A stretch of 63,780 nt of DNA, the filler included, from Bigelowiella natans CCMP2755 (lineage: Eukaryota; Protista; Cercozoa): NCBI GenBank assembly GCA_000320545.1. It is 8 parts of 8 records of this genome, joined end to end, with 100 filler letters (N's around TTAATTAATTAA, not from the genome) between each part and the next. Parts side by side here need not be neighbours in the genome. Positions count along the whole stretch, not along the records: positions 38,778 to 44,050 come from ADNK01002577.1; positions 44,151 to 56,562 come from ADNK01000439.1; 6 more parts are not named here. The stretch is one strand, 5' to 3'. The notes beneath the pieces were generated by a model. It searched no databases. It saw only the letters and a list, made by a program, of their open reading frames with translations, and was not told where the DNA came from. Below, piece by piece: positions 40,777 to 54,007 of this stretch. The translations under genes were made by a program, and so were the position numbers. Position 1 is the first letter of the stretch; each line of letters starts with the position of its first letter.

Positions 40777-41930
40777 TGCGTTGGTCCCCCGCATGTTGGT
40801 ATTTGTTGATATTGAACAACTTCCTACGTGGCTGCTACTTCCTTCCTGACATATGTTCTATACGAAGAAATTGGGCCTGACAACTTTCAATTCCTCATCG
40901 TCTTCGTTCCTTTGGTACGATCCCCGTGATAGATAAAATCAAACAGAACACACTGCTGCTGTATGCTGCTGCTGCTGCTGTTTCTGCTGCCCCCAGATTC
41001 TATGCATATACATACACAAAAGCGAACACTTCGACTCATTAGATGGAAGCACATGCCCGTACCGCGAAAACGTTTTTGTGTTAGGGATGAGGGTAAGGGG
41101 GTTAGCTGTGCAATGTTTAAATATGTAGCTGTTGCAGCATATAGCAGTCGATTCTGTTCATTATCTTTCACCTGAGCACGTTATGTACGCGCAACTCCCT
41201 CCAAGGGTATCATCACCTTGCGACATTACAATCATTCGAGTAACTAGTCGGTAATCAACGTTGGTAGTTATGTGTGTTTCATCGCAGAGGTGCGCTAAAC
41301 GTGGCCACAAATCTCTCCCTCCTCTGCCTACTTATATGTAGTTGCTGGCCGCCCTCGGGATCCTTTGCCTGCTACTCTACACCTTCGCGACAGTCGAGTA
41401 TATCAACCATGGTGGGTCTGCCTTACATTAAGAGGGGGGAGGTGCGCGGGGGGAGATGAGGAGCCTTCTACTTGTAAGAGTGATGCTGCACGAAACGTCG
41501 ACTATGTGTGAAAATTAAAATAATACTTCGCCTCTTCGCCGTCGCCTCATTGGAATCTCCTTCCCCGTCACCATTTGCGCAACCCCCCCCTCCTCCCCAA
41601 AAAGCCCCGTTGTACAGGCAGACTAGCTTCTTGTTTCCCTGCTGCTATCGTACTGTAAGTGCGGAATATGACTCCCGTCACGCGCATTCAGGGTATTAGT
41701 AATAGAGGGTAGTAGTAGTAGTAGTTGTAGTAGTAGTTGTTACTATTATCATCGTTGTCGTTACCTCCTGTCATGCACCATGGAATAAGAATAACAAGAC
41801 AATGATAATGTTCTGAGGCAGAATTTGATCTCGTGGTGAGTTGAGAGAATTCTTTTCACGAATCATGCTGTATTTCTCTCCTTCCCTCTTGTCTTTTTTC
41901 CCTGTAGAGATGCGAAGTGTATGTACCTGT
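39502..41930 (+). CDS. Multi-exon hypothetical (probably membrane) protein
   Basis: Coding-like segments with GT-AG flanks: MEISPPPYRLT, EIIDQEPLPRKEEEIEGNSDEEGE, FLSVAMFVGMDNPDQYPRFKT, LLAALGILCLLLYTFATVEYINH. No family recognised. Confidence 0.4.
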
Positions 41931-43003
41931 GCTGTGGCTTTTGCGTGTCCAAAGGTGGGATCTCTGCTTCTAAGATTTGTTGCATTTTCCCACTAATATT
42001 GCTTGTGCTTATTTGTATTCACTGGCATGATTAAAAAATCTCACCTCCTTACTTCCAAAATGAATTGTTGCATCTGTTCAGTTACTTGTTCGCGTGTTTG
42101 ACTCTTCACCGATCACATTTCTTTGCATCTCTTTTGTCGCAAGGCACATTGGTAGCAATCTCAAAGCTGAGAGAGGAGGAGCGGAGCCACAAAAAATGAA
42201 TGACCTAATCACCTCGTCAAGATGAAACACGCACATGAAACGTGTTGCTAACAGCTTTTAGGGGATGTCAGTGGATGCATCTGAGATGGTGTCGTTCAAA
42301 CATTGCTTGCTCGCTTGTCTCTTGTGTGATCCGTGATCCATGCCAGCATGCACAACACGTCATAGTCGTTGCACTAGTGCATGTCATGTGCACGTTTGCT
42401 AGTTTGTTTGTGTTTAGCATCATGCTCATGTGATCGAGCCTGTGCACACATCGAAGTGCGCGCACGTTGGTTCGATCATGTCGCACTGCCGTTGCCCCCC
42501 ACGATGGCGATGAATGAAGCGGCGGCGATGCAGCAGGTGATGAATGCTGACACGTTTTTTCCTTTCAACTGCCTCTAGGCCTTTGTGAAGTGGCATGTCA
42601 TCTGCTGTGAGCCGCTGTCCATGCTGATCAGCTGATCAGCTGTGCACGTTTGTCTGGACGTGCATGTGTGATCGACTGATGATGTGTGCGCTGATGCATG
42701 GCACATTGTTAGATGGCCGGTGTTGTTCAGTCATGCTCAAAGCTTGATGAACTGAAACGTGCGCATCACAGCTTTTTGGTGTGCACCAGAACAAAGCGAG
42801 AATTCAAACCAAAGAACATGAATCTCGCGTTTTCAAGCAATCCACGTGAAAAGAATGGGGCCAGTTGGCTTGTCGTTTGGCAAACCTGCAGTTCTGAGTC
42901 TCCTCCACATGAGGCTTCATCATGAACCCCCCTGTGCTAGCTGTGGTCCCTCTGGTTGGAGTGAACATGCTAGCTGTGCTTGAGCTTGCGAGCAGCACCT
43001 TCA

Positions 43004-43329
43004 TGTAGCGCGTACCACTACGCGGGCACAAGTCACGTGCGACAACAAAGGGGTTGTCGCGGATATAGAATATAGATAACGTAGATATTAATACAGCATA
43101 GGCACGTGGGTTCCGGCGGGACTCATGGCAGCACACCGGAAGTGTGCTGCCCCACGTGCGGCGGCATTCGCGAAAGCTTCGCGAATGATTACGCAGTGCA
43201 CGATTTAATAAAAATATAATCTTTAATAAAAATAAACACAACTCTTCAAAAGGAAGCAAACGTGCCTTTCCCCCACCCTGCCTACTTGTGCACGTAGCGC
43301 CTCGGCCTGTGAACACCTTACGCGCAACA
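43004..43329 (+). mobile_element. 326-bp LTR (5' LTR)
   Basis: tgtagcgcgta...tacgcgcaaca. About one substitution versus the 37843-38168 copy by eye. Followed by a short leader and a gag-like ORF. Confidence 0.9.
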
Positions 43330-43368
43330 ACCTTTGGCTTCCACACACGGGAAACGATTTGACTAACA

Positions 43369-44046
43369 ATGTCACAGCAGCTAGAAGAACAGCAGGACTT
43401 TGGCTCGCAGGCCGTGCAAGGGCACGAGCAGAAACAGGAAAGGAAGGGCGATACGGACGCTAAGGAAGGAGGAGGAACACCTCCACAGGCACCGCCGGGA
43501 CCAGCACCCGGGATTAAGAAAGCAGATGCAGCAGCAGAGGCACTGGAGAACTTCTACGAGGCGGACGACGAGGACGTGGCCGCCGAAAGCAAGAAGGTCG
43601 TAATGGCATTACGAGCCTTGCGACCCAGGGCGAGCAACTACGCCAAACTGAAAGTATCGATAGAATACAAGTATCAGACACATGATGTTTGGGCAGCTAT
43701 CATGCAGGACATCATGGATTACGAAGCAGACTTACCTCCAGAGTGGGCAGCTTTGTTTAGGAACGACGGGGGTCTGGGCGCCTCGCGGGGGACGACCCAG
43801 AGCACCGTCAAGCAGCAGCAGCCGGTACAGCGGAACACCCAGTTCATGTCTGTTAAAACAGCACCGGTTATGATAACGAAATACAACGGGAAAAGAGGTG
43901 AGGCAAGGAGGTGGTGGAAGAACGCTAGGAGTATACTCTGCGACTTTACCCCTAACCCCACCGAAAACGACAAGCTCAAATGGCTAGCTATAATAAAGCA
44001 AGCCATGGACCTTTACGAGACAGGCTCCTCTGTGCATCATGAATAG
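43369..44046 (+). mobile_element. Gag-like ORF of LTR retrotransposon
   Basis: Starts 40 nt after the LTR. ITKYNGKRGEARRWW resembles the gypsy gag (K/P)F.G......W motif. Ends at the contig edge. Confidence 0.65.
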
Positions 44047-44150
44047 CTCGNNNNNNNNNNNNNNNNNNNNNNNNNNNNNNNNNNNNNNNNNNNNTTAATT
44101 AATTAANNNNNNNNNNNNNNNNNNNNNNNNNNNNNNNNNNNNNNNNNNNN

Positions 44151-44348
44151 ACTCACATTGAGTATAGCTCCGCATAGTGGAGCACGTAGACGCCGCAATC
44201 GCACGTATTGTCTTGCTGGGGGAACCTACATAATCGATGATGATTAAAATGATAGCAACAACAACAAATGTAACAATCATAGTGCTAACCATGATGATGA
44301 TGATTGCTTCCCTGTAGAACATTCGGACATTCATGTATGATACGAAGA

Positions 44349-44383
<35 letters not shown>

Positions 44384-44579
44384 ACCAGAGTGTATGTACG
44401 TGCGATTGGTCTGTGTCTCAAATGCAATCCGCTCCCCCCTATCCCCCCCTCCCGTCCTCAATCTTTCCACCTTTGGCGAACGGAGAGGTAATTCCTTGGC
44501 CATGATTTTTACAGCTGCAGCTGCGGAAGGAAAGGAAGCAGTCGCTGCCGTACCCTTCCTAGCAATCCCCCTTTTACTG

Positions 44580-44612
<33 letters not shown>

Positions 44613-46022
44613 TTGTCACTGTCCTCCTCTGTAGCTGAGCTATCCTTTTCCTCAGTAGAAGTAGCAGCAGCAGTGGCAGTAGCAGTAGCAGTAGCAGTAG
44701 CAGCGACGTCGGACGATGCATCCATTTGGTGGTCTCTGAGCAGCTTCTCCTTATACGCCTAGCAACCGAACAGAACAATGAAGATGACGATGATGACGAT
44801 GATGATGATGATGATGGTGATGGTGGTGCCATGTAGTGCTTTCCCAACAAAATATGATTCGGAAAGATACATATATGGCAGCACCAATCCTTCTCATAGT
44901 AACTCTATCCTTCATCAAAGACTTGCTATTCCTTCCTACTCTTGCAGGTTCTTGCTTGCTACCATTAGTGTGCGTGTGTGCATCGTGCGTTTCACGTTCA
45001 CTACTGTTCTCCATTTACCTCTGTGAGATATTCGCGAATAAGCATGCTGTGTGGCCTCTGATACCCCCCTCTAAGCGAGTCAAAGTAGAGAATGATCGGT
45101 TTCGTCGTCGCAGTCGTCGACGACGGAGCCGCTGCCCTCCTGCCGCCGCGTTCCTTGCTCCTCCTCTTTTGTTCAAGAATGCCCTCGATCTTGTCCTAGT
45201 GGTGGGGAGGAGGCGGGGAAGGAAGGAGGGGGGTGAAAAGGGAGAAAAATCGTAAGTGTGCGTGTTGTCGTGAGAACAAGAGGTATATGTCCAAATGCAG
45301 CAGCTGGTTGGCCAATATCTTCTTTCTTCGGATGTAATATCAAAACAACACCAACCGGGCGGCAGACGACCATCAGTGTCCAATGCTCCGCCTACATGAA
45401 TGATGAATGAATGACGAGAACGCATCAGTAGGAGTATCAGTAGTGGTAGAAGTAGAAGAAGAAGTAGTAATAGTAGTAATAAGGCGGAGGAGGAGGAGGA
45501 GGAGGAGGAACACTAACTAAGAAATTGCATCGAGAAAGCAAAATGAATATGTGAAATATTTATTCATCATATTCTGAAAATATGTTCACACCATATACAG
45601 CTCACCATTACTACTACTACTACTACTACTTAGACACATTCTATTTGGGAGCAAGCCACTTCTCTTTAATCATAGATCATAACGATATGTAACGGTGGTG
45701 CTAGTTGTCATATCGTCGTCGTCGTAATCTTCGTCGTCGTCGTTGTTGTTGTTGGTGGTGGTGTTGTTGGATATGACGTCATTGATGGGTATGAAGAGAT
45801 ACTGCTTGTGGAAAATGTCTACGTTCTTCGTCCACCGCCGCACCTTCATTGAAACGACGATACGATGATGATGATGATAATGATGATGATGATGATGATT
45901 ATTTAGAAAAAGATGGTGACATGCCCACGTATCCACGCAACACAACGCAACACGACAGCGACAGCAACAACAAAAACAAAAACAACAACAACAAGAACGA
46001 CGATGGCGAAATTGATATATAT

Positions 46023-46058
<36 letters not shown>

Positions 46059-46096
46059 GATCTCTTGCTGAAACACATCTTAATTCTAATTCCTTC

Positions 46097-46140
<44 letters not shown>

Positions 46141-46421
46141 TGTGAGTGAGTGAGTGAGTGGGTGGGTGTGTGAGTTTCTACAAAATCCGCAAAACGAATT
46201 TTCCAATTCTATTTTTCGTGTCTTGATGTGAGATACGTACCTTCGCGTATCTTATTTTAGGCAAGTCCTTCGCGTTGTTCTTCAGCTTCGTGAAGAAGAA
46301 CGTGCTGTATGGGGTGGCAGAGGGGAGCAGGAGGAAGGATAGAGTGATGTAATATATTTATATATCTCTTTCTCGCTTGTGAACTTCTTGCCATACAAAT
46401 CTCAACTCTGCATCATCACTA

Positions 46422-46453
<32 letters not shown>

Positions 46454-46550
46454 ATTCACCACCTAAATGCATGGCAGCTCCTCTTTATCTTATCGCTCGC
46501 TTTGTCCTTAAACCAATACCTAGACGGATAAACCTTACATTCTCCCCCTC

Positions 46551-46593
<43 letters not shown>

Positions 46594-46857
46594 CTTTGTA
46601 TCTAACACACAAACATAAAATACATTCACATGTACGCACCAATGCACAAACTATGCAAAAAAAAAAGAAGCGAACCACCATTTTTATAGTCTACTCCTCC
46701 TCCACCCTCCCCCCCCTCCTCTTCCTTCTTCTGCTTCTCTAAACACGGTTGTTCGTTAGCTACTACTTAAGATAGAAATCGATTAAGCTGTCGTTCAGGT
46801 ATTCCCCAGGACGCAAGCGCTCCAGATCCGCAGCTATTATGTTCACGCTCCTTTGCA

Positions 46858-46890
<33 letters not shown>

Positions 46891-47325
46891 AATGATGATG
46901 ATGGCACGACGATGATGTTGAAGGAAAGGGGGCGGGCGGAAGGGGGAAGGGGCTGATAGTAAGTAATGCCACTTATTCTTGTTGTGGACAGCATCATCTA
47001 AAGCATGCACGAGCACGCAGATAATACAGGCAGTACAAAATCATCACCTACCTTTCTCCTTCACCCTTCGGCTTATAGTCGACGACAACGCTGGTGTCAA
47101 TGGGCAGGGTGGTGGCTTTCCTCAGCCTAGAAGACCTTCGCGGACGAATCGCGGACCTGGGACGTCAGGTTGGGGTGGGGTGGGTGGGGGGGGGGATAAA
47201 GTGGAAGTGGGAGGAGAGAAATCAGGAGAGACATTAGGGACATTAGGAGAAGGGAAGGGGGCAATATTTGTGATAGTGCATAATTTATACATATTTATTA
47301 ATGCATTTTACATAAAACACATCAC

Positions 47326-47364
<39 letters not shown>

Positions 47365-49090
47365 GCACAGAAACTGTAGCTACCATTCTTCCTTCGCATT
47401 TGTGATCTCTTCGTCCCCCCCCCCCTCCTCATCATCATCGCTGATGAGGTTCACGTGCATGGTTCTGAGACAAGTTGGAAGCTCATTAGAGAATGCCGTG
47501 CACACACACACACACACACACACACGCACGCACGCACACATACGCCTCTGCCCCCCCCTCTAATGAATTGTGCCGTTCTTACTCTTTCGGCTTGGCCCTA
47601 GTCGAACGGGGCGTGTTCCTCTTCACAAACGTTGCTTTCCTCTTCGCTTTCGACTTGCTAGTGCTGCTGCTGCTGCTGCTACTGCTGCTGCCATTGCGGG
47701 TAGAAGAAGATTCATAAAAATAAACCTTCTTCTTAAATAACGGCTGCGTTTTGGCAATGGCACCGTTGCTACGAGGTTGGTCGCGGCGCCTCTTTCTAAA
47801 ATCCGGGGGTGTTTTGGCAGTCGCTTCGGTTAATCTCTTGCAGCCATTAGTGGTGGTGTTCTTGGTGGCGGATAACACCATCTTTGTCCCCCTACTATTT
47901 CGTTTTCCTCCGCTGCTGCTGTTCCTGTCCTTTGCGCACGCTCCTGCTCTTGTGAGCGACGGCGAGTCACTATTGCCTTGAGTACTATCCTTTGGATGCC
48001 TTGCGACTGCTGTTTTCTGGTGAGGGGAGGAGAGGTCGGTGTTAGAGTCCACTATTTGACGTCCGTGACCACAAATTTAGATGTGCAGAAAAAGAAAGAG
48101 GAGGCGGCACAGGACAGAAACAACACCCTATCTATCGACATATCGACTTAGTAGTATCCCAAATTTAATAAAGACGAAGAATAGCGACGGTTCTTCTTAC
48201 ACTACGATACGGTTTAGGTCAGAACGAAAAAGTAGTAAACATCCTGTGTTCGTACTCTCACACGCACGCACGGACGCACACGCACACGTATACACATGTA
48301 ACGTGGTTCAACATATAGGCTAGAAAATTTATACGAAGATACTCCTCTACCTCCTCCTGCAACGATGTATCCATTACAGTTGCTTTCGCTTCTACGCTTG
48401 CCATCGAATCACTGATACTATTCACTCTGCTCTTCAGCCTGGGAAGGTCCCCCTTCTCGAGGAGAACTGGATTCTTCGAGGAATCTGATTTCTTCGTAGT
48501 TGGAAATCTTGCCTTCGTCTTACTGATTCTTGATTGCGCGGAGTTAGTATAGCAAAGGAGGGAGAAGCAGGGAGAATATCAATTAATAAAAACACGTTGA
48601 TACGACCTCTCAGAGATGGAAGGTGAAAATAGAATGACGCAAAGGAAGAAAAAGCAGTAAACGTCAATAAACAAAGACATTAACTATTTATAATAGTTTA
48701 CGACTGCTCGAAAAGAGGGACTGAAAATAAATATTCTGGAAGATTGACTGTCCCTCACAGCATCCATCTTCCCTCCTCACTGCATCTACATTTATTTTTT
48801 TAGGGAGATAGAATACACTGAAATGACTCCACGCCGAGATGTCCCGTTCCCGTTCTGATCCCCTTTGTCCTTGATGCCATTGAGCGCATGTTTGAAAAGT
48901 ACCGCGTGTCCCCTAGTTCTCTCATTCTCATTTCTTGCGTCGGCGCAAGGGTCAGAAAGGCTATTGGAATTCTTCCCGTCGACACCCGACACATTTTGGC
49001 CGAATTTCCCGTGAAGATTATTCACGATTTGGTCTCCTCCCCCCAGATAGTTCTTCTTCCTCTTCCTCTTCTTTGAGACTCTAAACAATT
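44151..49090 (-). CDS. ULP2/SENP6-7-like SUMO protease (Peptidase C48), multi-exon, 3' truncated, start uncertain
   Basis: Exons DLERLRPGEYLNDSLIDFYLK, STFFFTKL, VRRWTKNVDIFHKQYLFIPIN, EHWTLMVVCRP, ILYFDSL and VPQQDNTCDCGVYVLHYAE give a complete His-Asp-Cys triad. Confidence 0.92.
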
Positions 49091-50577
49091 CAGCAACGGC
49101 AGATCAGATACTGATACCGGCATTATTACTTTTCCTTTATTTACCTCACATTCTCCAAGCTGCTGACACCAAGCTTACCACTAGACCTAAAACCGAGTAG
49201 ATGGAATAGAAGTCGAATAGAGGTGTGTGTAAGACCTCCGAATCCATAATACGTACAAAGAATTGTTGGAGGATGAAGAAAGGCTACAGGGATGAACCAC
49301 CCTGCTCCGATGGATAGGCAAGTATGGGCATGAGCGAGAGTTAAACTACGATGTCTTCAACCGTTTTTGCTGTTCCATAATAAAGGTAAAGCTTCTCGCT
49401 GCAGCGTCTGGTGAGCAAACCAACCAGAAGCGCTAGGGAGCAGAAAGGGGGGAACTCATTCCTGCTACGGCTTCCGGTTCAAAAGTAAGTATATAGTTTC
49501 CCCTTCAATTTTACTCTACGACAACCTAAGTACGACGAGACCTCATTTTTTTCGTTAAAATGCGGGAAGACTTTCTCGTCACTGTGAGAACCAAAAGGAA
49601 GCCCTAGGTTTCGCCAGAGTGTTCTTGACCCATCCAAACAACATAAACAACATTATTTTTTCATCACTTTTTTCACCTGAAGCTCCAAGAGAAAAGTTTG
49701 GAACCAATTTTAACAGGAAAGTGTTCCTGAAATCATGCGAGAACTGCAGAAATAAACCTGCACAAAAATCTGCAAAACATAGGTGCCTTATAAAGTAGTC
49801 AAAACAGTGGGAAATCGAAATCCAACCTTTTTTGCTCCTCTCAAAATGATCCGGGAGATTGCGGTAGTCAGCCACTATTTTGACTCGATTTGAGGCAATT
49901 AAGATCGAAACTCCACCAGTTCCCAAAAATATCGCACACAATTGCAGCAGAATTCCAACAAAAGGATCAGCAGCAAATATCCTCTTAGTTGGAGGGATAC
50001 CGGGATTACCGAAAAAGAACCAAAAACAAGGCTCGTGAGTTAAGTTTAGTGGCGCTCGAGGGTTCAGTAAGTGCTTTTTGCGCATGGCCTGGCCACAAGC
50101 TTTCATAACTTTCCTAAATATATGAACGCCGTGTGTCTTTTATATTTATGGCTTCAGAATTAAGACGGCCTTCAATAAAACAATCCATTTAAAACTTACT
50201 GGTCGATTCCAGCCCCATACAGGTTTTTTAAGATCTAAAGACCGATAATCTGAATTAGTCTGCTGAACGCTCCTCATTGCCCCTCCCCTTCACTCCCTTG
50301 ATATCACGCCCAATCGCCTGCATCTCGCCTGCATCTGGGTTCATCAAGAGGATCAAAAGTTGCTTTATACATCGTTGAGATAGAAAATCGGCCAATAGGG
50401 AAGAAAGGCCGGTGAAACTTTGAGACAAGAACGCAGGAGATTCGTATTAAGGATCGAGTGACACACATCATCGTCATCGTCTCCGGTCCTATCATTTTGC
50501 GCGTTGACACATCTACAGATTTGAAGAAGATATAAATTTAGTGAAGCTATACGCTCCTAAGTCAATTCGCTATCTCT

Positions 50578-53533
50578 ATGAAATCTTCAATTAACGACCG
50601 AACAGACCTCCCAGAACAGATCGTTAAGATCTTTAAGTTCTTTGATTCGGATGAGGACGAGTTTCTAAACTATCATGAATTTCTGGCATTCCTGCGCATA
50701 GTCAATCCTGCAGGAGCTCCAAAGTTTGATTTCACCGCATTCACGCGCTGGTGCCAGCGGGTGAGTGCAAATCCAGACAAAGGCCTTACTGTTGACCAGC
50801 TGTATGTGACATACCGCGATCTTGAGAACACAGAGGAAGCACTGCAATTGCACTATGATAAAGTCATGTCTTCTCCGAAGCCAAGTGAGTGAAACAAAGA
50901 ATACTCATAGTATGAGTGAGATTAATACCCGAGTGCGAACATTGAGCAGCACCGTCATCGCGCTTTTCCCTTCTTATGCACGGGGTTCTTAGACTATTTA
51001 CGTTGACCATGCTTTCCAATTTCCGTATCATAGACATACGAACGATCAGTATGGTCGTGCAGCACCCTTCTATTTCAACGCATGAGCCAAAAAACAGACG
51101 TATTTGATTTTTCCACCTTTGCAGATATGAAGCAGCAGCAGGAAGAGAAGGTGCGCCAGACCATCGCAACTGTCCAAAAAGGTAACGTAGAGCGGGGAGA
51201 ATTGCTCCGAAAAGCTTTGCAGGAGCTTGAGATTGGTGAAGAACGCGACATGGCAAGGAATCGGCGAGCAAGGTGGGTGTTGAAGCATCATTTCTCACAC
51301 GCATTCCGATTTTCTCCCATTAATAGGACTAATTAACATGCATTTTGCAGTGCGATTGCCCGCGAAGCTTTCGTGCGGACGGCGGCTCGTAGGAGATCCA
51401 CTCTCGCACCCTCCGACGCCGATACCTTGTCGGGAAGCAGCCGACGAGAAAGCAAAATCAACCGAAGGTGTGTGTGTCGTACCGGATAAGAGAGAGAGGA
51501 GATTGAAGCCATACGCAGAGGGAGGGAGAGAGGGGGGGCTTGATGTGGGCTTGTTCCCTTTATCGTTTACAAAGAAACTTACTACTACCGCTGGACACAA
51601 TGGCAGGGCTTCCACACCCGGGCTAAATCTCGGGAGCAAGACGATCACACTCGACTTCGTCACCGCGATGATGGACAACTTCCAGGCTGGCATCCTCCTT
51701 GACGCCCCCACCGTGATCCGGATCGTGAGTCAAGCGACGACTATATTAGAAAAGCACGAGAATGTGGTGCACTGCCAGGTAGTAGTGGTTGTAGTAGTAG
51801 TAGGAGTAGGGCAGCAGCACTGCTATATATAGTCTGGACTGTCATCCCTCGCTTTGGAGAGAACGGCAACTATTCTCCCACACCCACATTCGCCTATTGA
51901 TGAATAACCTCCTTTTTATGTCGCTGCTGTTCCACCTCTTGTCCTTCTTCCCCCCCCCCCCCCTTTTCTTCGAATTGTGACATCACTACTTCCGTTTTGC
52001 TGGGCTGCTACTCAGATTCGAGATAAACTGACGGTCGTTGGAGACATCCATGGACAACTCGAGGACTTGCTACACATATTCCAGCTCAACGGGTCGGTGG
52101 TTCCACCATTCACCATGTCAAGGGCGGGGGGTTGGGAGAGATACGGGGGATGAGAATATGTATATCGTGGAGAATGTAGAAGAAGGGTACCGATAGCAGC
52201 AGCAGTCTGAGTAGTAGTTCCTACGACTCTTTGTGTAAAATCTATTTCATCTACCTACCTACCTACATATATACATACCTACACATGGGAGGAGAAGGAG
52301 GAGGAGGAGGAGGAGAGGAAAAGCCTCGATTCCTTTTCATATTTTCTTTCTTTGACGCCGACATATAAGATGCTGCTGCTCTATTGCCTGTCTATCGAAT
52401 CGTACCTTTAGGCTGCCCTCCCCTCGCAACCAGTACCTTTTCAATGGGGATTGGGTGGACCGTGGGGACTGCGGCGTGGAGGTTGTCTTGATCATATTCG
52501 CGTTTAAGGTAAAGCAAGTGGAGGAGGGAGGATGGTGGTGAGAGGGGGCGGGTACTTTGTTTTTGCTGACACGGCTCGGTCGATAAGATAGTAATAATCC
52601 AAAGGAAGAGATTCTCCCTCCCCCCGCTTCCCTTCTTTCTCTCTTGTGAGTATGTGCAATAGTATATTCAAAGCGTCTAGTCATGGTCGTTATTCTTCTC
52701 CCGTCCCCCCCCTCCTTACACACCTTCCACTACTACTAACTACTATTACTACCACTACTACTAGATTCTGTACCCTGAGTCCGTGTTCATGAACCGAGGC
52801 AACCACGAGGCGACGGATGTCAACTCCGATGTGGTAATTAGAAGAATAATAAAAAATAAATGATAACATTAAAAAGTTAGTGAATGAGGAAGGGTGTTTA
52901 CTGGGGGATTGTACAAATGTCCACATGCCATGCTGATCCTTCATGTCGCTTGTGCGCTTCTCTTCCTCTCCTCCTCCTCCTCCTCCTCCTCCTCCTCCTC
53001 CTCGCTTCCCCCCCCTTCTCACAACAGGACACATACGCGATGTGCTTCTATAAAGAGTGTATGCAGAAGTACGACCGTGAGATCTACGACATGTTCTCGG
53101 AAGCCTTCGCCTCATGGTGAGTGAGTGATGAGTGAGGAAGAAAAATTAGGGATTGAGTCATGATGGGAACTCGTCAACAAGCAGCACGTTTATGCGTATA
53201 CGAATACAATATACGCTAATGTTTCTTCACTTGCCCGAAAAGTCTTGTCATGTTTTTATTGCTGTTGGTGGACATCATCATCATCATCATCATCATCATC
53301 GTCGTCATCATCATCGTCGTCATCATCATCGTGTACGTAGCCCCATCGCGAGTGTACTAAACAACAAGTTCTTCGTGGTGCACGGAGGTCTCTGCCACAA
53401 GCCGATTCAGATCTCGGTCAGCTCTCCCCTCCTCCTCCTCCTCCTCCTCCTCCTCCTATCCTACCATCATGATCATCGTGACATCGGCCTTGGCATGCAT
53501 GTACTGCCTCTCCCTGACTCTCTCTCCCTCTCG

Positions 53534-53573
<40 letters not shown>

Positions 53574-53975
53574 AGGAGATCCAGAAGATCGATCGCTTCC
53601 AGCTGCACCCGCCATATGACACGGTGTTTGAAGACCTCCTCTGGTCGGACCCCCACAACAAAAAGGTACTGCGGTTGCAGGAAAGAGCTGGAGGGAAGGG
53701 GGGGGGGGGGTAGTGGTGGGAGGAAGAGGAGAAGGAGACCACTCTCTAGACGATGGATTTGGGTGATTATGGTCAGAACGGCGGTGACGATGATGAAGTT
53801 GATGATGGTTTTGATAAAAAAAAAAGAAATGTTTGATGATGATGACCACTGCTCTTCCTCATTGAAGCATATTACTATCACACTACTCCTTGGCACCATT
53901 CATTTAGGGCATTGCAGAGAATGACAGGGGATGCTCCATTCTCTTCGGGTAACTAACTAACATAGCACGCACATT

Positions 53976-54007
<32 letters not shown>

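Noticed and set aside
37843-44046. Single element with long terminal inverted repeats enclosing the 39.5-41.9 kb gene
   Set aside because: A contig spacer lies between the copies, internal retroelement domains flank each LTR separately, and there is no shared TSD.
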